A stretch of DNA of 64,000 bases. It comes from Smithellaceae bacterium. Lineage in GTDB: Bacteria > Desulfobacterota > Syntrophia > Syntrophales > Smithellaceae. The stretch's first letter is position 1. Every line of letters starts with the position of its first letter. The translations under genes and the position numbers were made by a program. Under the pieces are notes generated by a model. That model was not told the origin of the DNA and did not search any database. It saw nothing but the letters and a program-made list of their open reading frames with translations. The stretch covers positions 192,001 to 256,000 of the forward strand of contig CAXXVL010000001.1 in the NCBI GenBank assembly GCA_963667845.2, given 5' to 3'. Shown here piece after piece: positions 51,128-60,681 of this stretch.

Positions 51128-51429
51128 GCGGACTCTTTCGCCGGTGCAATCACGTTATGGGCAAAACCCTGACGCGGCATGGCCATCCAGGATTCGACGG
51201 TCTCGCGCCACTTTGCATAATGGGCGGTTTGCTTATGTGCGGCGGCCGCTTCGTCGGACGAATAGGCTTCATACAACGTGAAAGCCTGCGGGTTATCCCG
51301 GTGCTGCAAAACATCAAAACGGAGATTTCCCGGTTCCTTGATTGAGTGTTGATGGTTCTCAAGGGTTGCGGCAATAAACTGATCAATATTTTCCGGCCGA
51401 ACGAGAATGTGGACAACGGTAACGATCAT
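51115..51429 (-). CDS. ABM-domain protein (LsrG / putative quinol monooxygenase-like)
   Basis: EPGNLRFDVLQ, LYEAY, AAHK.T.HY..WR; GGAGG RBS. Confidence 0.85.
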   Translation of the reverse strand: MIVTVVHILVRPENIDQFIAATLENHQHSIKEPGNLRFDVLQHRDNPQAFTLYEAYSSDEAAAAHKQTAHYAKWRETVESWMAMPRQGFAHNVIAPAKESAWKQ

Positions 51430-51737
51430 AAAAAAATCCTCCTGTTTGAGGGGCTCATATAACAAAATTATCCCGGCCGGCAAAGTAAAAAAGATTCGCG
51501 GTATTCGATCGATTGGGCACGGGCCGGTCCTCTTCATCCGGATCGCCAAAACTTTTCTTGATTCCGGGAATGCGCAAACCCGTAATTTTTACCTACCAAA
51601 ATCCTTCCATTTAACCCGTATTGCCAATCGTGAGGCGCATAAACTAGAGTGCCCCCGCGTCAGGGACAATGGTCTTCAGGGTCCGGCATCAATATCGCTT
51701 GGAAAAGCGTAAGAAATAAAAATTAAGGAGATGACAA

Positions 51738-51890
51738 ATGGCTCGCGACGAAAACATGATACCACTCGACAAACTGTTTGAAGTAACAACCAAGAAATTC
51801 AGAATCGGAAAATCCAAAGACGAGGATTTGGAGCTGGACGATCGCATGTGGGAAATGGATGAGTACGAAAATGAGGAGCATCCTTCATAG
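51738..51890 (+). CDS. Small acidic 50-aa protein (not in ORF track)
   Basis: TAAGGAG RBS 7 nt upstream; MARDENMIPLDKLFEVTTKKFRIGKSKDEDLELDDRMWEMDEYENEEHPS. Confidence 0.55.
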   Translation: MARDENMIPLDKLFEVTTKKFRIGKSKDEDLELDDRMWEMDEYENEEHPS

Positions 51891-51929
51891 AGGATGGCGC
51901 GACTTCCGGGAGCGGTTCTGTTTTACCAA

Positions 51930-52023
51930 AACCACCCCGCAGCAAGCTGTCGAGGTATGAAATGAACGTCACTATTACGCAGCAAATGACAGGGAATTAA
52001 CACTCGCCCCGCGTGAGTGGGAT
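51930..52023 (+). repeat. REP-like dispersed repeat, long form, copy 5
   Basis: ACCACCCCGCAGCAAGCTGTCGAGGTATGAAATGAACGTCA...GGGAATTAAC...CGCGTGAGTGGGAT. Confidence 0.9.
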
Positions 52024-52150
52024 AAAATGTCAAAATAAAAACGTTCCCTTCATGCCGCAGAGCTCCGGGCTTGTTGAATTGCACCCTCGTCAGGTGTGTG
52101 CGCCGCGCCGGATGTTCATGCTTTAAAAATGCAGGTGTCAGCGCCCGCGC

Positions 52151-52381
52151 TCACTTTGACTTTGCCATCTTTAACGCCGGTTTGGACTTGGATTTCACCG
52201 CAGTCTTGACGCTTGCCTTTTTGGTTACGGGTTCTTGCGGCTGACCGGCCGAACTCCCTCTGCGCATCGGTCCTCCGCAGCAGATCAGGTTCGGGTCGTA
52301 GCAGGAGCAGGCCTTATTGACGACGACTTCCAGACCGCAATCCGCGCAGCAAAACACATCATCCTTCTTAATCCTTGCCAT
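52151..52381 (-). CDS. Desulforedoxin-like metal-binding domain with Lys-rich tail
   Basis: F-CCADCGLEVVV..CSC....LICCGGPM; AAGGAG RBS. Confidence 0.7.
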   Translation of the reverse strand: MARIKKDDVFCCADCGLEVVVNKACSCYDPNLICCGGPMRRGSSAGQPQEPVTKKASVKTAVKSKSKPALKMAKSK

Positions 52382-52545
52382 GGTGGTTCTCCTTTTCTCG
52401 CTCAAGATAAAATTAATCTTTGCAGTGTCTGCCGAAAAGTCAATGGCAGTCATTCAAGATATTCAGGGGAGGGTAAAACGACTGCCGGAAAACACTGATG
52501 CGGCCCGGAAGAATCTGCGGAGACACGCGTGACGGATTCCGGCTG

Positions 52546-53286
52546 TTATCTGCGCGCCAGGGTTCTTGAAGAGTACATGGCGTAATGCAGATCCGTCGTG
52601 GTCTTGTATCCGGGGAAATAGCGCCGGGCGATCACATTCACGAGCGGATCGGTGATGCCGTTGAGAAACGTGAAGCTGGTATTATCCTGAAGGTGATGCG
52701 CGGCATGCTGCCGCTTCGGCAGCAGGAGTTTGATGCGCGCCAGAAAAAGGGCCGTAGGCGACATGGAATTGTGGACCAGGTAGTGGGAGACTTCCGCAAC
52801 CGAAGACAAAATGCCGATGTAGGTCAGCGTATAGAGGAGAATCGGATGGATATGCGGCAGATGAAACAAGACGGCCAGGGCCGCAAGATAGATGACCAGC
52901 CAGACTTTTGATCCGGTTTCAAAGAAATAAATAGCCAGCACATGGTTGTCCTGATACCTTGGCGTTCTGTGATGCAGATGAAAATTGGCAATAAGCGGTC
53001 CGGCCCAGGATTCGTAATGGTCATTGTGGTCCATGTATAGATGGATCAGACCGTTCACAAAATCAGTAATCAGATAAGCGGAGACGAACGCCGCGATTTG
53101 CCATCCGATCCCTATGGAAAGCCGAAGCGCGCAGATGAGCGTATAGATCTGCAAAGCGATATTGGCAATCGATACGCCCAGTCCCAGTAAGCGGTATCGC
53201 TTCTTGCCTTCATAAAGCGCCATCGCTGCGTTGAACTGCTTTTGCTTCAATTCCAGCTTCGTTAATTTATGTCGGGTTTTGTCCAT
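52546..53286 (-). CDS. CarF/TMEM189/FAD4-family lipid desaturase
   Basis: TDF..GLIH...D, PLI.NF..HH..P, SHY..H, LL....H..HH, F.F.NG..D. Confidence 0.75.
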   Translation of the reverse strand: MDKTRHKLTKLELKQKQFNAAMALYEGKKRYRLLGLGVSIANIALQIYTLICALRLSIGIGWQIAAFVSAYLITDFVNGLIHLYMDHNDHYESWAGPLIANFHLHHRTPRYQDNHVLAIYFFETGSKVWLVIYLAALAVLFHLPHIHPILLYTLTYIGILSSVAEVSHYLVHNSMSPTALFLARIKLLLPKRQHAAHHLQDNTSFTFLNGITDPLVNVIARRYFPGYKTTTDLHYAMYSSRTLARR

Positions 53287-53525
53287 AAATAAAGGACGTC
53301 GTCTCCTTTCCTAGGCATTCCTGTGCGACTATAATCTGCATATCGGGGGCCCGTTTGGCAAGTCAAAAAATACGGCGACGGCCTTATCGGGCAAGCCGCA
53401 CCGCGTCAAAGATGAAGCGCCGGGAATCGTTCATAAATTTTCGGCAAATCCTCAAGATAAAACATTTTGCATTTTTCCGGGGATTTTCCTAAAAGAGAGA
53501 AAAATATTCAAGGCTGGGAGTGAGA

Positions 53526-54356
53526 ATGGACTTTCAATTTCATTACAATTTCCAAAATAGCATCTCCACCGAAGAGAATGCCTACTGGTTTATTTTCAAA
53601 AATGAAAAAATACTGGCGGCAACCGAAGGGGCCGGCACAAAGCCGCTGCTTATCCGGGCCGGGGACATACCCGGCTTAAATATGGAAGAAGCATTGCACA
53701 TAGGTGAACTGGATCACGTCAGCTGTTATGCAATCTTTGATCGAACAGAGCACGGCATTGAAATACCCGGCACCGAATGGGTCGGGCTGCGCCTGGCCTA
53801 CGGAAAATTTGACTACGAAATGTTCCAGATTTACGGCGGGGCCAGACACCTTCTTTTGTGGGCGGAAAACAACCGCTTTTGCGGGCGCTGCGGAAATCCC
53901 ATGGCGTTAAAATCCGATGAAAGATGCTTTCTCTGTCCTTCCTGCGGCTTCACCAGTTACCCGAGGATTTCTCCCGCGGTTATCGTCTCGATCGAAAAGG
54001 ACGGGAAATTACTGCTGGCCAGGTCCGGGAGGTTTCCCGGGGGCATGTTCAGCGTGCTGGCCGGCTTTGTCGAACCCGGCGAATCGCTCGAGGAATGTGT
54101 CAGGCGCGAAATCAAAGAGGAAGCCGGCATTGAAATCAAAAACATCCGCTATTTTAAAAGTCAGCCCTGGCCGTATCCCGATTCCCTGATGATCGCCTTT
54201 ACGGCCGAATATGCCGACGGAGAATTATCCATTGATGCCAATGAGCTGGTCGAAGCCGCGTGGTACGGGCCGGACGAGTTGCCCGTTATCCCGAGAAAAT
54301 TCAGTGTTGCCCGGGCTTTGATTGATCATTTTGTCGACCAAATGAAATTGAAATAA
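53526..54356 (+). CDS. nudC: NAD(+) diphosphatase / NADH pyrophosphatase
   Basis: FCGRCG..CPSC zinc finger, YPRISPAVI, Nudix box AGFVEPGESLEE.V.REI.EE, SQPWP.P.SLM. Confidence 0.95.
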   Translation: MDFQFHYNFQNSISTEENAYWFIFKNEKILAATEGAGTKPLLIRAGDIPGLNMEEALHIGELDHVSCYAIFDRTEHGIEIPGTEWVGLRLAYGKFDYEMFQIYGGARHLLLWAENNRFCGRCGNPMALKSDERCFLCPSCGFTSYPRISPAVIVSIEKDGKLLLARSGRFPGGMFSVLAGFVEPGESLEECVRREIKEEAGIEIKNIRYFKSQPWPYPDSLMIAFTAEYADGELSIDANELVEAAWYGPDELPVIPRKFSVARALIDHFVDQMKLK

Positions 54357-54432
54357 TTCCATTTCTGAAGACGGCCGCACGATTTTTCTCCGGGATTGCC
54401 GGCGACCGGCGACGGCCGTTCATGCAGACCCG

Positions 54433-55224
54433 CTAGCGGGAAATCCTCTTTACGATGAGCAGGCCGCCGTGGCCGAAAACGGGCGTTGGAGCGCAAAGCG
54501 CGGCCAGCAGCCGCTCGGCGCTTACCCAGTAGGGGCCGTAATATTCCCGGTCCACATCAAGAACCAGTACGCGGCCGGAGGCGGCGTCATAAGCGCCGAG
54601 GGGTGAAATGTGCGGGTAGGGCCCGCCGGGATCGTTCGTGAGCTTGTCCTGTAAAAAGTGCACGATGACAAAGTCGTCGGCGGAGGCTTCGTTGGCTTCC
54701 AGGAGGGCACGCAATTCACCGAGAGCCCCGGGCGTGGCGTCGGTGAACGACCGGCGCGTCACCGTCCATCCTTTGATTCCGTATGTTTTGAAGGTATCCA
54801 AAACCACTTCTTCGAGTTCGGCAAGCGTGAGTCCCTTGCGGCCTTCCCATCCCTTATCGGTCAGGCGTTCTTTCCAGTGTGCCGCTTTGACGTCGTCGAG
54901 CAACTTGGACTGCCGATAATTGGCATCATTTGCCCGGAGATCTCCGCTGGTCCTCGCGATGGCGTTGAGCACGATGGTCACGGCGGCAACCGAGCAGTAA
55001 TTGCCGCTCTCCTGTCCCGTATAGTGGTTGATCAGCACCCAGAAATCGGGTGCCGGATGCTTCGCCGATTGAAAATATTCATGGGACTGCCAGAGCGGCA
55101 CGGCATAGGGAGCTCCGGCGGGGCCGTATTTGGGCGACACGGTAGCGACATCAGGCGCTGCCAATGCTAAGCCTGCACCCCAGAAAATGATCGCCAGACA
55201 AAGCAGAAAGACGCGTCGTATCAT
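54433..55224 (-). CDS. Phytochelatin synthase-family protein, exported
   Basis: Signal peptide; Q....YCSVA (Cys), HISPLGAYD (His), LVLDV (Asp), PYWV. Confidence 0.85.
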   Translation of the reverse strand: MIRRVFLLCLAIIFWGAGLALAAPDVATVSPKYGPAGAPYAVPLWQSHEYFQSAKHPAPDFWVLINHYTGQESGNYCSVAAVTIVLNAIARTSGDLRANDANYRQSKLLDDVKAAHWKERLTDKGWEGRKGLTLAELEEVVLDTFKTYGIKGWTVTRRSFTDATPGALGELRALLEANEASADDFVIVHFLQDKLTNDPGGPYPHISPLGAYDAASGRVLVLDVDREYYGPYWVSAERLLAALCAPTPVFGHGGLLIVKRISR

Positions 55225-55305
55225 AAGGCCTCCCGGGCATGAAAAGTGCTGCGCGACTTTTGAAACATGAAGCGCGAAACCCTCTTCTTTTAATTTCCTT
55301 CGGTT

Positions 55306-55920
55306 TTAAGTATTGCTGAAACTCCGGGCGATGACCCGGGCGACGTTCAGCATGTGCTGGCGAACGTCCCGGGGCTTGCGGCCCGGATAATTCCGAAACG
55401 TAATGAGCACGCCGTTTAAAGCCGCGAAGAAAGCATGCGACAATAATCGTACGGGTTCGGGCCTTTTCATTTTCCGGAAAAGCTTATCAAACAGATCAAA
55501 AATCCGCCGTTCTGCAGCATTGAGCTTTTCAATTTTTTCCTTGGAGAGCGAGCCGTCCAGCATGAAATGCGTCATCATCCGGAAGTATTGATCGTTATCC
55601 ATCAGATAGGTGACATAGGCGTCGCTGATTTTGGTGATGTCCGGGATTTTGCCGTTTTCGATGAGCCCCGTGAGCGTATCGCCGATCTCCCCGGCTCCAT
55701 GCAAAAAGGCCTCCACAAACAGCGCCTGCTGATCGGGAAAATATCGGTAGATGGAGGCATGGGAAATGCCGGCCTCTTTGGCAATATCCCGGATGCTGAC
55801 TTTGTTAAAAGGTTTGACGGCAAACACACGCTCGGCGGCATCAATGATGATGGTCTGACGGGCCAGCTTCGCCTCGTCCTTGAGATGAGAAAATGTTTTG
55901 GTTTGTTTTACGGGCTTCAT
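55306..55920 (-). CDS. TetR/AcrR family transcriptional regulator
   Basis: IIDAA..VF..VSIRDIAKEAGIS..SIYRYF. Confidence 0.95.
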   Translation of the reverse strand: MKPVKQTKTFSHLKDEAKLARQTIIIDAAERVFAVKPFNKVSIRDIAKEAGISHASIYRYFPDQQALFVEAFLHGAGEIGDTLTGLIENGKIPDITKISDAYVTYLMDNDQYFRMMTHFMLDGSLSKEKIEKLNAAERRIFDLFDKLFRKMKRPEPVRLLSHAFFAALNGVLITFRNYPGRKPRDVRQHMLNVARVIARSFSNT

Positions 55921-55965
55921 AAGGTGATTTCTATATCACAAATAGTTCCCGACTGAAAAATAAAC

Positions 55966-56008
55966 TTGATTTTGTAACCAGTGGTTTGTATAGTAACCAC
56001 GGGTTACA
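55966..56008 (+). promoter_or_regulatory. Sigma70 promoter overlapped by two palindromic operator-like boxes
   Basis: TTGATT-N17-TATAGT; boxes GTAACCAGTGGTTTG and GTAACCACGGGTTAC. Confidence 0.7.
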
Positions 56009-56028
56009 ATTTACCTGAGGAGGTTCGT

Positions 56029-57624
56029 ATGTCGTTTGCAGATAGAAACAACCCCTATAACTTTAATGAATTCCTGGCGTGGCGCCAGGGTGTCGATTAC
56101 TACCGTGACGATCCCTTTATCCAGAAGGTCGTGAAGCATTTTGCGGGCGATATGCGCGAGCAGGTCGATGCCGAGGCGCGTGCGGTTTCGCAAAAAGCTT
56201 CTTTCCGCTGGCGGGACATGGCGGACCGGATTGCGCGTCCGGAGCTCCGCCCCTTCATGCTGCATTATGACGGCCACCACAATCGCATCGACCGGATCTG
56301 CCGTCCCCTGGATACGGAGATTATGGAGCGGGAGATTTTTTCGGAGGCTTTCTTTGCCGACAAAACGTCGCCCTGGGTGAAGCTCATCAAGATGTTCCTG
56401 GTCTACCAAAACGGCGAAGCCTGCGTGGCCTGCCCGATCACGTGCACGGAAGGCCTGGTGATGCTGCTCGAAAAATATGCCGACACGCCGGAAACAAAGC
56501 AGATCCTTCAGCACTGCAAGGAAGGCAGCGACGGCGTATATGCCATCGGCGCGCAATATCTATCGGAGATTCAGGGGGGATCGGACGTGCCGTCCAATGT
56601 TCTGGAGGCCGTGAATGAAAACGGCGTCTGGAAACTCTACGGCACCAAGTTCTTCTGCTCGGCCACGCACGCCGAGTATTCCGTCGTGACCGCGAAGCCC
56701 TTGGGATCGGAGAGGGTCGCCCTGTTTGTCGTGCCGTCGTGGCTCCCCGGCAATAAAGAAAAGGAAATCCGCAACGGCTACACCATCGACCGGATCAAAT
56801 GGAAACTGGGAACAAGCGAACTCACCACGGGCGAACTCACCTTCAACGGCGCGGTTGGTTATCCGGTGGGGCCGCTGGATAAAGGCGTCGCCAATGTCGT
56901 CGGCATTGTCCTCACCTATTCGCGCCTGACGGTCGGACTTTCCGCCGCCGCGTTCATGACGCGGGCCGTCCGCGAAGCAGTGAAGTATGCGACTCTCCGA
57001 AAAGCCTTCGAATTGCCGATCGGCCAGTTCCCCCTCGTGGCCGTTCAACTCGACAGAATCACGAAGACTACCCAAAGGACAACCGCCGGCGCCTTTAAAC
57101 TGTACCGCGACTTTCTGTCCCTCGAGGGAGGTTTGAAAGGAAGCCAGTCAGGCGATGAGCCAATGCCTGCGCGCCGGAAGCGCTTCATCATCCGTGAACT
57201 CATTATGCTGCAGAAGATTGCCGCCTCGTGGGACTGCACCGATGTGATCCGCGAAGCCATGTCGATTTTCGGTGGCCACGGCGTGATGGAGGATTTCTCC
57301 GCACTACCCCGCCTCTATCGGGACTCGGCCATTAACGAATTGTGGGAAGGCCCGCGCAATGTGCTGCTCACGCAGATGCATCGCGATTTGCAGCAGGCGG
57401 CCGCCTGGTACGAGCCCACGGAATTCGTCGCCAATATTCTCACCGGACTTGATCAATCGCTGATCGACGAGCTCGCTTTGGAAATCAAAGCCATTGTTGC
57501 GCATCCGCACTTGTTTCAGCCGGACGATGCAACCATTGACATCTGTAAGCGCTGGGATGCTTTCTGCCACAAGTTCTTCCATGCCTATCAGGATCTGGCC
57601 TTAAAGGAAGTGGATCACGTATAG
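56029..57624 (+). CDS. Acyl-CoA dehydrogenase family protein (AidB-like)
   Basis: CP..CT.G, Q..SE.QGGSD, LYGTKFFCS, K.KLGT, R.AF, FGG.G..EDF, LWEG..NV; GAGGAGG RBS. Confidence 0.9.
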   Translation: MSFADRNNPYNFNEFLAWRQGVDYYRDDPFIQKVVKHFAGDMREQVDAEARAVSQKASFRWRDMADRIARPELRPFMLHYDGHHNRIDRICRPLDTEIMEREIFSEAFFADKTSPWVKLIKMFLVYQNGEACVACPITCTEGLVMLLEKYADTPETKQILQHCKEGSDGVYAIGAQYLSEIQGGSDVPSNVLEAVNENGVWKLYGTKFFCSATHAEYSVVTAKPLGSERVALFVVPSWLPGNKEKEIRNGYTIDRIKWKLGTSELTTGELTFNGAVGYPVGPLDKGVANVVGIVLTYSRLTVGLSAAAFMTRAVREAVKYATLRKAFELPIGQFPLVAVQLDRITKTTQRTTAGAFKLYRDFLSLEGGLKGSQSGDEPMPARRKRFIIRELIMLQKIAASWDCTDVIREAMSIFGGHGVMEDFSALPRLYRDSAINELWEGPRNVLLTQMHRDLQQAAAWYEPTEFVANILTGLDQSLIDELALEIKAIVAHPHLFQPDDATIDICKRWDAFCHKFFHAYQDLALKEVDHV

Positions 57625-57678
57625 TCAGGGGTGTCGCACGGCTGATTGATGAACCGCCTGATCGGTAGCAAGAATTAG

Positions 57679-57720
57679 CGCCTGCAAACCGACGGATGGT
57701 TTGCAGGCGTTTGTATTTGT
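57679..57720 (+). terminator. Intrinsic terminator
   Basis: CGCCTGCAAACC-N7-GGTTTGCAGGCG plus T-rich tail. Confidence 0.7.
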
Positions 57721-58171
57721 AGAAGTGGGGACAAAGAAGATAGGAAATAATAAGGATGGGTATTACTTATGAAGTAAGTTAACAGCGGCCCTATTTCTTC
57801 CAGGATGATGTTTCGATCGCTGGTCGGGACCCGCCACACCTGGCGTGATGATGGCCTGGTTGCGGAAAAGCTGGAAAAAGAAGATCGACGTGAAATAGAC
57901 AAAGACAGGATACAAAATTGAGAAAAACTATTGACCGGCAGACTTCTTCCGCAACACGATTGTCCCGGCTAAGACGCCGTGTTTAACTAGTAATGATTAA
58001 TGTTGTCTCATTGAAAATATGATATATATATAACGTTTAAATATTTTGATGCCTCAAGATAATCTGGCAGATAAGGGAGAAAGCAGATCTCAAACTGATA
58101 GCATCCGGGAAAAAATGGGTCTACTCGGCTCAAAAAGCTAATCGGGCAATTAATTGATTATCAGGTAAATC

Positions 58172-60439
58172 ATGAAGCTACACTGGCTGACGCTGAAATT
58201 CTCTGGAAACGAATCGCAACTTGAAGCGCCATTTTTAAGCGATTACTATCGGGTGTCGCTCCCTCTCATCCGCATATCCCTGATACTGGCCATGCTCTTT
58301 TACGGCGTTTTCGGTATTTTGGATGCGCTCCTCATGCCGGAGCAAAAATCCACGATATGGTTTATCCGTTTTGCTGTCGTCTGCCCCGTACTTTTCGGCA
58401 CTTTACTGGCAACGTTTTCCAAGTCCTTTGAACGGTATATGCATCCTCTCCTGGCCGGTGTTTGCATTCTGGCCGGCGGCGGCATTGTTTGCATGATTGT
58501 CATTGCCCCGCCGCCCGTCAATTATTCCTATTATGCCGGTCTGCTGCTTATTTTTATCTGGGGCTACACATTTTCCCGCATCTTGTTCATTTGGGCGACA
58601 CTTGCCGGCTGGGTGCAGGTGGTATTGTACGAAATTGCGGCCATCTGGATCAGTCCGACGCCCTTCGCCATTCTCGTCAACAACAACTTCTTCTTCATCA
58701 GCATCAACTTTATTGGAATGCTGGCCTGTTATTTCATGGAACTCTATTCCCGGCGTGATTTTTTTCGTCGGCAACAATTGGAGCTCGAGCGGGAAAAAGT
58801 TAACAAGGCGAATCAAGAACTGGAAGAACGTGTGGAAAAGCGAACGGCCGATTATCAGATCATTAATCGGGCGCTGGAGCAGGAAATGCTCAGCCACAAA
58901 CAGTCGGAAGAGAAATTTCGTCTGATCACAGAAAATATGTTCGATTGCATCTCTTTAGTGGATACGAGCGGCGCATATCAATACGTATCCCCCTCCTACA
59001 AAGAAATTCTCGGATATACCTCGGAAGATATGATTGGTTTGACAGGGTTCGATTTTGCCCATCCGGATGATCTCGAACGGATAACACGGATCTATCTGGA
59101 AGGTCTTGAGCAGCATTGGCGTGAAGCCAGCTTTGAAACGCGTATTCGCCACAAGAATGGTCACTATGTACCGATGGAGATCAGAGTGCGGGAAGTGAAA
59201 GATCCTCAGGGAAACCAAATCGGAGGAATCCTTGCCGCTCGGGATATAACGAAACGCGTGCAATTGGAGCAGGAGCACAAGCAGGCGGAGGAAGAAAAGC
59301 GAAGACTGGAAGAGCGCCTGCAGCATGCGGATAAGATGGACTCCATCGGCACATTGGCCGGCGGGATTGCCCACGACTTCAACAATTTACTCATGGGCAT
59401 TCAGGGATTTGCTTCTCTGACGCTTCTGAATCTTGATCCGGAAGATCCGAATTGCGAAAATCTCAAAATGATTGAAGAACAGGCGCAAAGCGGGGCGGAG
59501 CTCACCAAACAATTGCTGGGCTTTGCCCGCGGGGGAAGATACGAAGTGAAACCGGCTGATATGAACGAAATAATCGAAAAATCATCCTCCATGTTTGGAA
59601 GAACCAAAAAGGAAATCACCATTCACAAGAAATACGAAAAAGATATATACCCTGTGGAAGTTGACCTCGGACAGATGGAACAGGTGTTCATGAATTTGTA
59701 TGTCAATGCCTGGCAGGCCATGCCCGGGGGTGGAAATATCTATCTGGAAACGGAAAATGTTTTTTGGGATGATCAACAAGCGCTTACCTATACTCTCAAA
59801 CCGGGGCGGTATATCAAGATATCCGTGACCGACACCGGTACAGGAATAGACGAGAAGACAAAGGTGCGTATTTTTGATCCCTTTTTCACTACAAAAAAGA
59901 TGGGAAGAGGAACCGGACTGGGACTGGCGATGGTCTATGGAATCATTAAGGGTCATAAAGGAATGATCGATGTATCCAGTGAACCGGGGAGTGGAACAAA
60001 GTTTACGATCTATTTGCCTGCTTCGGAAATGGAAGTGGTAAAGGAAAAGGCGGAACCCATGACAATCGCCAGGGGTAAGGGAACGATCATGCTGGTGGAT
60101 GATGAACAGATGGTTCTGCGGGCAAACAAGGGAATGCTGGAATTTTTAGGTTACACGGTCTATGCGGTCGGCAGCGGTCAGGAAGCAATAGCCGTTTATA
60201 TGGAAAAAAGAAACACCATTGACCTGGTGATTCTGGATATGATCATGCCGGGGCTATCGGGAGGTGAGACTTTCAATCGTCTCCGGGAGATAAATTCCGG
60301 GATCAAAGTACTTCTTTCCAGCGGATACAGTGCCGACGGGGCAGCTCAAACAATCATGAAACGCGGCTGCAACGGTTTCCTGCAAAAGCCCTTTCAAATT
60401 GAAAAACTCTCCCAGAAGGTCAGAGAGATGTTAGCCTGA
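58172..60439 (+). CDS. Hybrid sensor histidine kinase (membrane sensor, PAS, HisKA/HATPase, receiver)
   Basis: About six TMs; HPDD PAS; LAGGIAHDFNNLL; NA..AM..GG; DTGTG; FFTTK..G.GTGLGL; LVDD..DLVILD..MP..KPF. Confidence 0.95.
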   Translation: MKLHWLTLKFSGNESQLEAPFLSDYYRVSLPLIRISLILAMLFYGVFGILDALLMPEQKSTIWFIRFAVVCPVLFGTLLATFSKSFERYMHPLLAGVCILAGGGIVCMIVIAPPPVNYSYYAGLLLIFIWGYTFSRILFIWATLAGWVQVVLYEIAAIWISPTPFAILVNNNFFFISINFIGMLACYFMELYSRRDFFRRQQLELEREKVNKANQELEERVEKRTADYQIINRALEQEMLSHKQSEEKFRLITENMFDCISLVDTSGAYQYVSPSYKEILGYTSEDMIGLTGFDFAHPDDLERITRIYLEGLEQHWREASFETRIRHKNGHYVPMEIRVREVKDPQGNQIGGILAARDITKRVQLEQEHKQAEEEKRRLEERLQHADKMDSIGTLAGGIAHDFNNLLMGIQGFASLTLLNLDPEDPNCENLKMIEEQAQSGAELTKQLLGFARGGRYEVKPADMNEIIEKSSSMFGRTKKEITIHKKYEKDIYPVEVDLGQMEQVFMNLYVNAWQAMPGGGNIYLETENVFWDDQQALTYTLKPGRYIKISVTDTGTGIDEKTKVRIFDPFFTTKKMGRGTGLGLAMVYGIIKGHKGMIDVSSEPGSGTKFTIYLPASEMEVVKEKAEPMTIARGKGTIMLVDDEQMVLRANKGMLEFLGYTVYAVGSGQEAIAVYMEKRNTIDLVILDMIMPGLSGGETFNRLREINSGIKVLLSSGYSADGAAQTIMKRGCNGFLQKPFQIEKLSQKVREMLA

Positions 60440-60681
60440 GATGAATTCCGGTTCAAAGCACGAGCAATACAGGATGTCCTCTATTGCTCCCTGATCAAGG
60501 AATGTACAGCCAGATTTATTTCCCTCCCGCTTGTGCCCTTTAGGGTATGAGGGGAGGATTTAGGGAGGGTGAAAATATTAATTGTCACTCCCCCAGAGGC
60601 CGGAATCCAGAGATTCTTAACGGAGCCGCAGTTGCACCGGGGCATCCCATCGCTCAGCATGCCCTGCAACTGCGGTTCGGT

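Noticed and set aside
7424..52023. CRISPR array from the palindromic repeats
   Set aside because: Copies are kilobases apart in both orientations, with no spacer periodicity and no cas genes.
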